Shown here: piece by piece, positions 38,255-40,051 of the stretch
Layout: every line of letters begins with the position of its first letter
How positions within the stretch are numbered: position 1 is the first letter of the stretch
Notes under the pieces: model-generated
The model's database searches: none
Seen by the model: only the letters and a program-made list of their open reading frames with translations
Told to the model about the DNA's origin: nothing
Source of the DNA: an uncultured Pirellulales bacterium
Lineage (GTDB): Bacteria; Planctomycetota; Phycisphaerae; Sedimentisphaerales; Anaerobacaceae
NCBI GenBank assembly: GCA_964597115.1
Contig: CAZQXE010000002.1
Coordinates: 1 to 40,051 of the forward strand
Reading direction: 5' to 3'
Length of the DNA: 40,051 bases
Translations under genes and position numbers: made by a program

Positions 38255-40051
38255 GAACGGCTTGAAGAAATTCACAATCATCTTTTTGCTGGCGGTTGGT
38301 ATATTCAACTGCACAGCTCAGGCCAGGCCTGCAAGCGTGCTGTTGCAGGAAGGCCTGTACGCAGAGGAAGTTGAAGGTGACCTAGATGCGGCCATTAAAA
38401 TCTATGAGCAGATAATCAAAGATGAATCCGCTCAGAGGTCTCACGTCGCGCAGGCACTGTATCGTCAGGGTATGTGCTATTACAAGAAGCGGGACGAGCA
38501 GCAGGCAAGGGCGGTATTGAGTAAACTGGTCGCGGGCTTCAGTGACCATACCGATCTTATCGAGAAGGCCAAGCCTTTACTGGATGATCTGACCAATGCC
38601 GATCCGGCCGCACTAATGCCGCCTGAGACCATGGTCTACGTGGAATTGGGCAGTCCCGGCAGGCAAATCGAAACCATCCTTAACATGCTAAAGGGAACTC
38701 CGTTGGAAAATCCTCTTGCAGTTATTGGCAGTGGATTTGGATCTGAGGGGCCTAAGCAATCTAATGAATGGAATTCGCCTGCAGATATGGTGGGTGCCCT
38801 CTTGAATCCAAGCATGATTGCTGAATTCAAGAAAATACGGGGAATGGGATTTGGAATAACGGGCATCTCTGAAAATGATCCACCCGCTTTAATGATACTG
38901 TATCCCGGCAAGAGCGATATGCTGCGGGGTCTGCTCCTGGCGGCACTCGGTATGGCGGGAAGACCTATGGAAGCCGTGGAAGGTATGCAAAGCGTAGCAC
39001 TTCCAGGGGGGGCAGGTGCTGCCTACGACGATACTATAATAATACTTGCTTCGCCGAAAGCTGCCTCTGCCGGGCAATTGACCTGGTGTGTAAAGCAATA
39101 TAAAGGTATTACGAATGAGCCGACGCTTGCTTCGAGCAATAAGTCCTTCGCCAAGATCGGCAAAAAGTCACGTCTGGAAAACGCCATTACTGTCTGGGCG
39201 AACGTAGACCAGGTATTTGGAAATCTTTCAAAGATGCTTCCGAAAGATAAAATCCCCAAAGAAATCTATATGGCTAACGGCTTTGTCGATTTCGGAAATA
39301 TCGATGATTTGATAGCTTCTTTCTCCATTAACGAAAGTGGAGTTACCCTGGAGACAAATATAGCCTTTATGGATGGGCATAACTGTCTGGCTTATGATTT
39401 GATCAGGACTCCGAATCTCAGCAGGGCCGGCTTTGAAGCTATTCCACCGGAGGCAATTGGGCTTATCAGCCATGCTCTTGGTGAAGCTGGAACTGCTCAG
39501 GCTGAGGCGGCAGGTCAACAGATTGTGAGTCTGACGGGTCTTGATCTCGGTAGAGAACTCTTTGCGAATATCGAGCAGATAACCCTGTTTGCATTACCGC
39601 CCGATAGTGCTCCAGCCCAGGGAAATACATGGATGCCTCCGATAGCAAACTGTCTCGGACTGGCAATAACCAGTCAGAATCCTCAACAGACTCGGCAGAT
39701 TCTGACCCGTTTGTTAACAGTTGCAAATCTGATTGCGACACAATCGGCGGATGAGCAGCCTGACCAGGACATCGGCAGATACCAAATCGGACTTGTCAAT
39801 GATCAACAACTCTTCTGTTATATGGATCAGGGGAACAAGACTACTGTTCTGTCTTTAAACTCGGATGCCGTTGAGGCATCGATTTCGGCAATCAATAAAC
39901 AAAGTTCAGTAAATGTGGCAGGGCCTTTAAGAGATGCTGTAGGCAAACTGTCACCAACAACCAGCAAGCTTGTGCTGCTAAATATCGGTGGGCTTATCAA
40001 GCTTGTCGCTGCTAATGTCGATCTTGGTCCGGCGGACGCCGCGGATAGCCC
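38253..40051 (+). CDS. Large secreted protein with N-terminal TPR-like module (C-terminus beyond window; function unknown)
   Basis: Absent from the ORF track because no stop occurs before the window end. I translated 599 codons by hand without meeting a stop. A strong SD AAGGAG lies 7 nt upstream of the ATG at 38253. Signal peptide MNGLKKFTIIFLLAVGIFNCTAQA; TPR-like LLQEGLYAEEVEGDLDAAIKIYEQIIKD...ALYRQGMCYYKKRDEQQARAVLSKLV. The remainder has no motif I recognise. Confidence 0.8.
   Translation, partial: MNGLKKFTIIFLLAVGIFNCTAQARPASVLLQEGLYAEEVEGDLDAAIKIYEQIIKDESAQRSHVAQALYRQGMCYYKKRDEQQARAVLSKLVAGFSDHTDLIEKAKPLLDDLTNADPAALMPPETMVYVELGSPGRQIETILNMLKGTPLENPLAVIGSGFGSEGPKQSNEWNSPADMVGALLNPSMIAEFKKIRGMGFGITGISENDPPALMILYPGKSDMLRGLLLAALGMAGRPMEAVEGMQSVALPGGAGAAYDDTIIILASPKAASAGQLTWCVKQYKGITNEPTLASSNKSFAKIGKKSRLENAITVWANVDQVFGNLSKMLPKDKIPKEIYMANGFVDFGNIDDLIASFSINESGVTLETNIAFMDGHNCLAYDLIRTPNLSRAGFEAIPPEAIGLISHALGEAGTAQAEAAGQQIVSLTGLDLGRELFANIEQITLFALPPDSAPAQGNTWMPPIANCLGLAITSQNPQQTRQILTRLLTVANLIATQSADEQPDQDIGRYQIGLVNDQQLFCYMDQGNKTTVLSLNSDAVEASISAINKQSSVNVAGPLRDAVGKLSPTTSKLVLLNIGGLIKLVAANVDLGPADAADS

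Noticed and set aside
38636-39741. Five minus-strand ORFs (69-96 aa) listed by the track
   Set aside because: All lie antisense to a single plus-strand frame that is open for 599 codons and has a strong SD and a signal peptide. They are shadow ORFs.

Overview
This is a roughly 40 kb chromosomal segment. I can support 30 protein-coding genes (two run off the window edges and are missing from the ORF track), one tRNA-Leu(CAA), a few sigma70-like promoters and one clean intrinsic terminator.

Several hallmarks point to a PVC-superphylum bacterium (Planctomycetota/Phycisphaerae, Lentisphaerota or Kiritimatiellota-like). These are a prepilin-type H-X9-DG protein, a LamG protein with a PEP-CTERM anchor, an HYExAFE-motif protein, and an FtsH with a long basic N-terminal extension. 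This placement is inference only, since no database search was possible.

Most of the window is housekeeping: hisS, ftsH, a dsbD-like gene, nth, a LOG-family gene, mfd, acpS, mnmG, and an RND efflux pair. Between 11.7 and 16.7 kb there is a four-gene, same-strand glycan-degradation cluster that looks targeted at acetylated mannan (AGE-family protein, GH26, CE2-like SGNH esterase, Tat-exported GH5).

I found no CRISPR array, transposase, integrase, prophage or recognisable defence system.

The best candidate for something undescribed is the right-hand end (34.2-40.05 kb). It holds a translationally overlapped pair and a divergent neighbour:
- a roughly 10-TM membrane protein with a helical-repeat C-terminal domain;
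- a membrane-anchored PD40 beta-propeller carrying a single CxxCH motif;
- across an AT-rich, repeat-bearing 396-bp intergenic region, a large secreted TPR-headed protein of unknown function.

Secondary items are an unassigned radical SAM gene overlapping the mnmG stop, a truncated HYExAFE / PD-(D/E)xK-like gene at the left edge, and an AGE-family epimerase-like protein with an apparent export signal.

All functional calls come from motifs read by eye. No HMM, BLAST or structure search was run.
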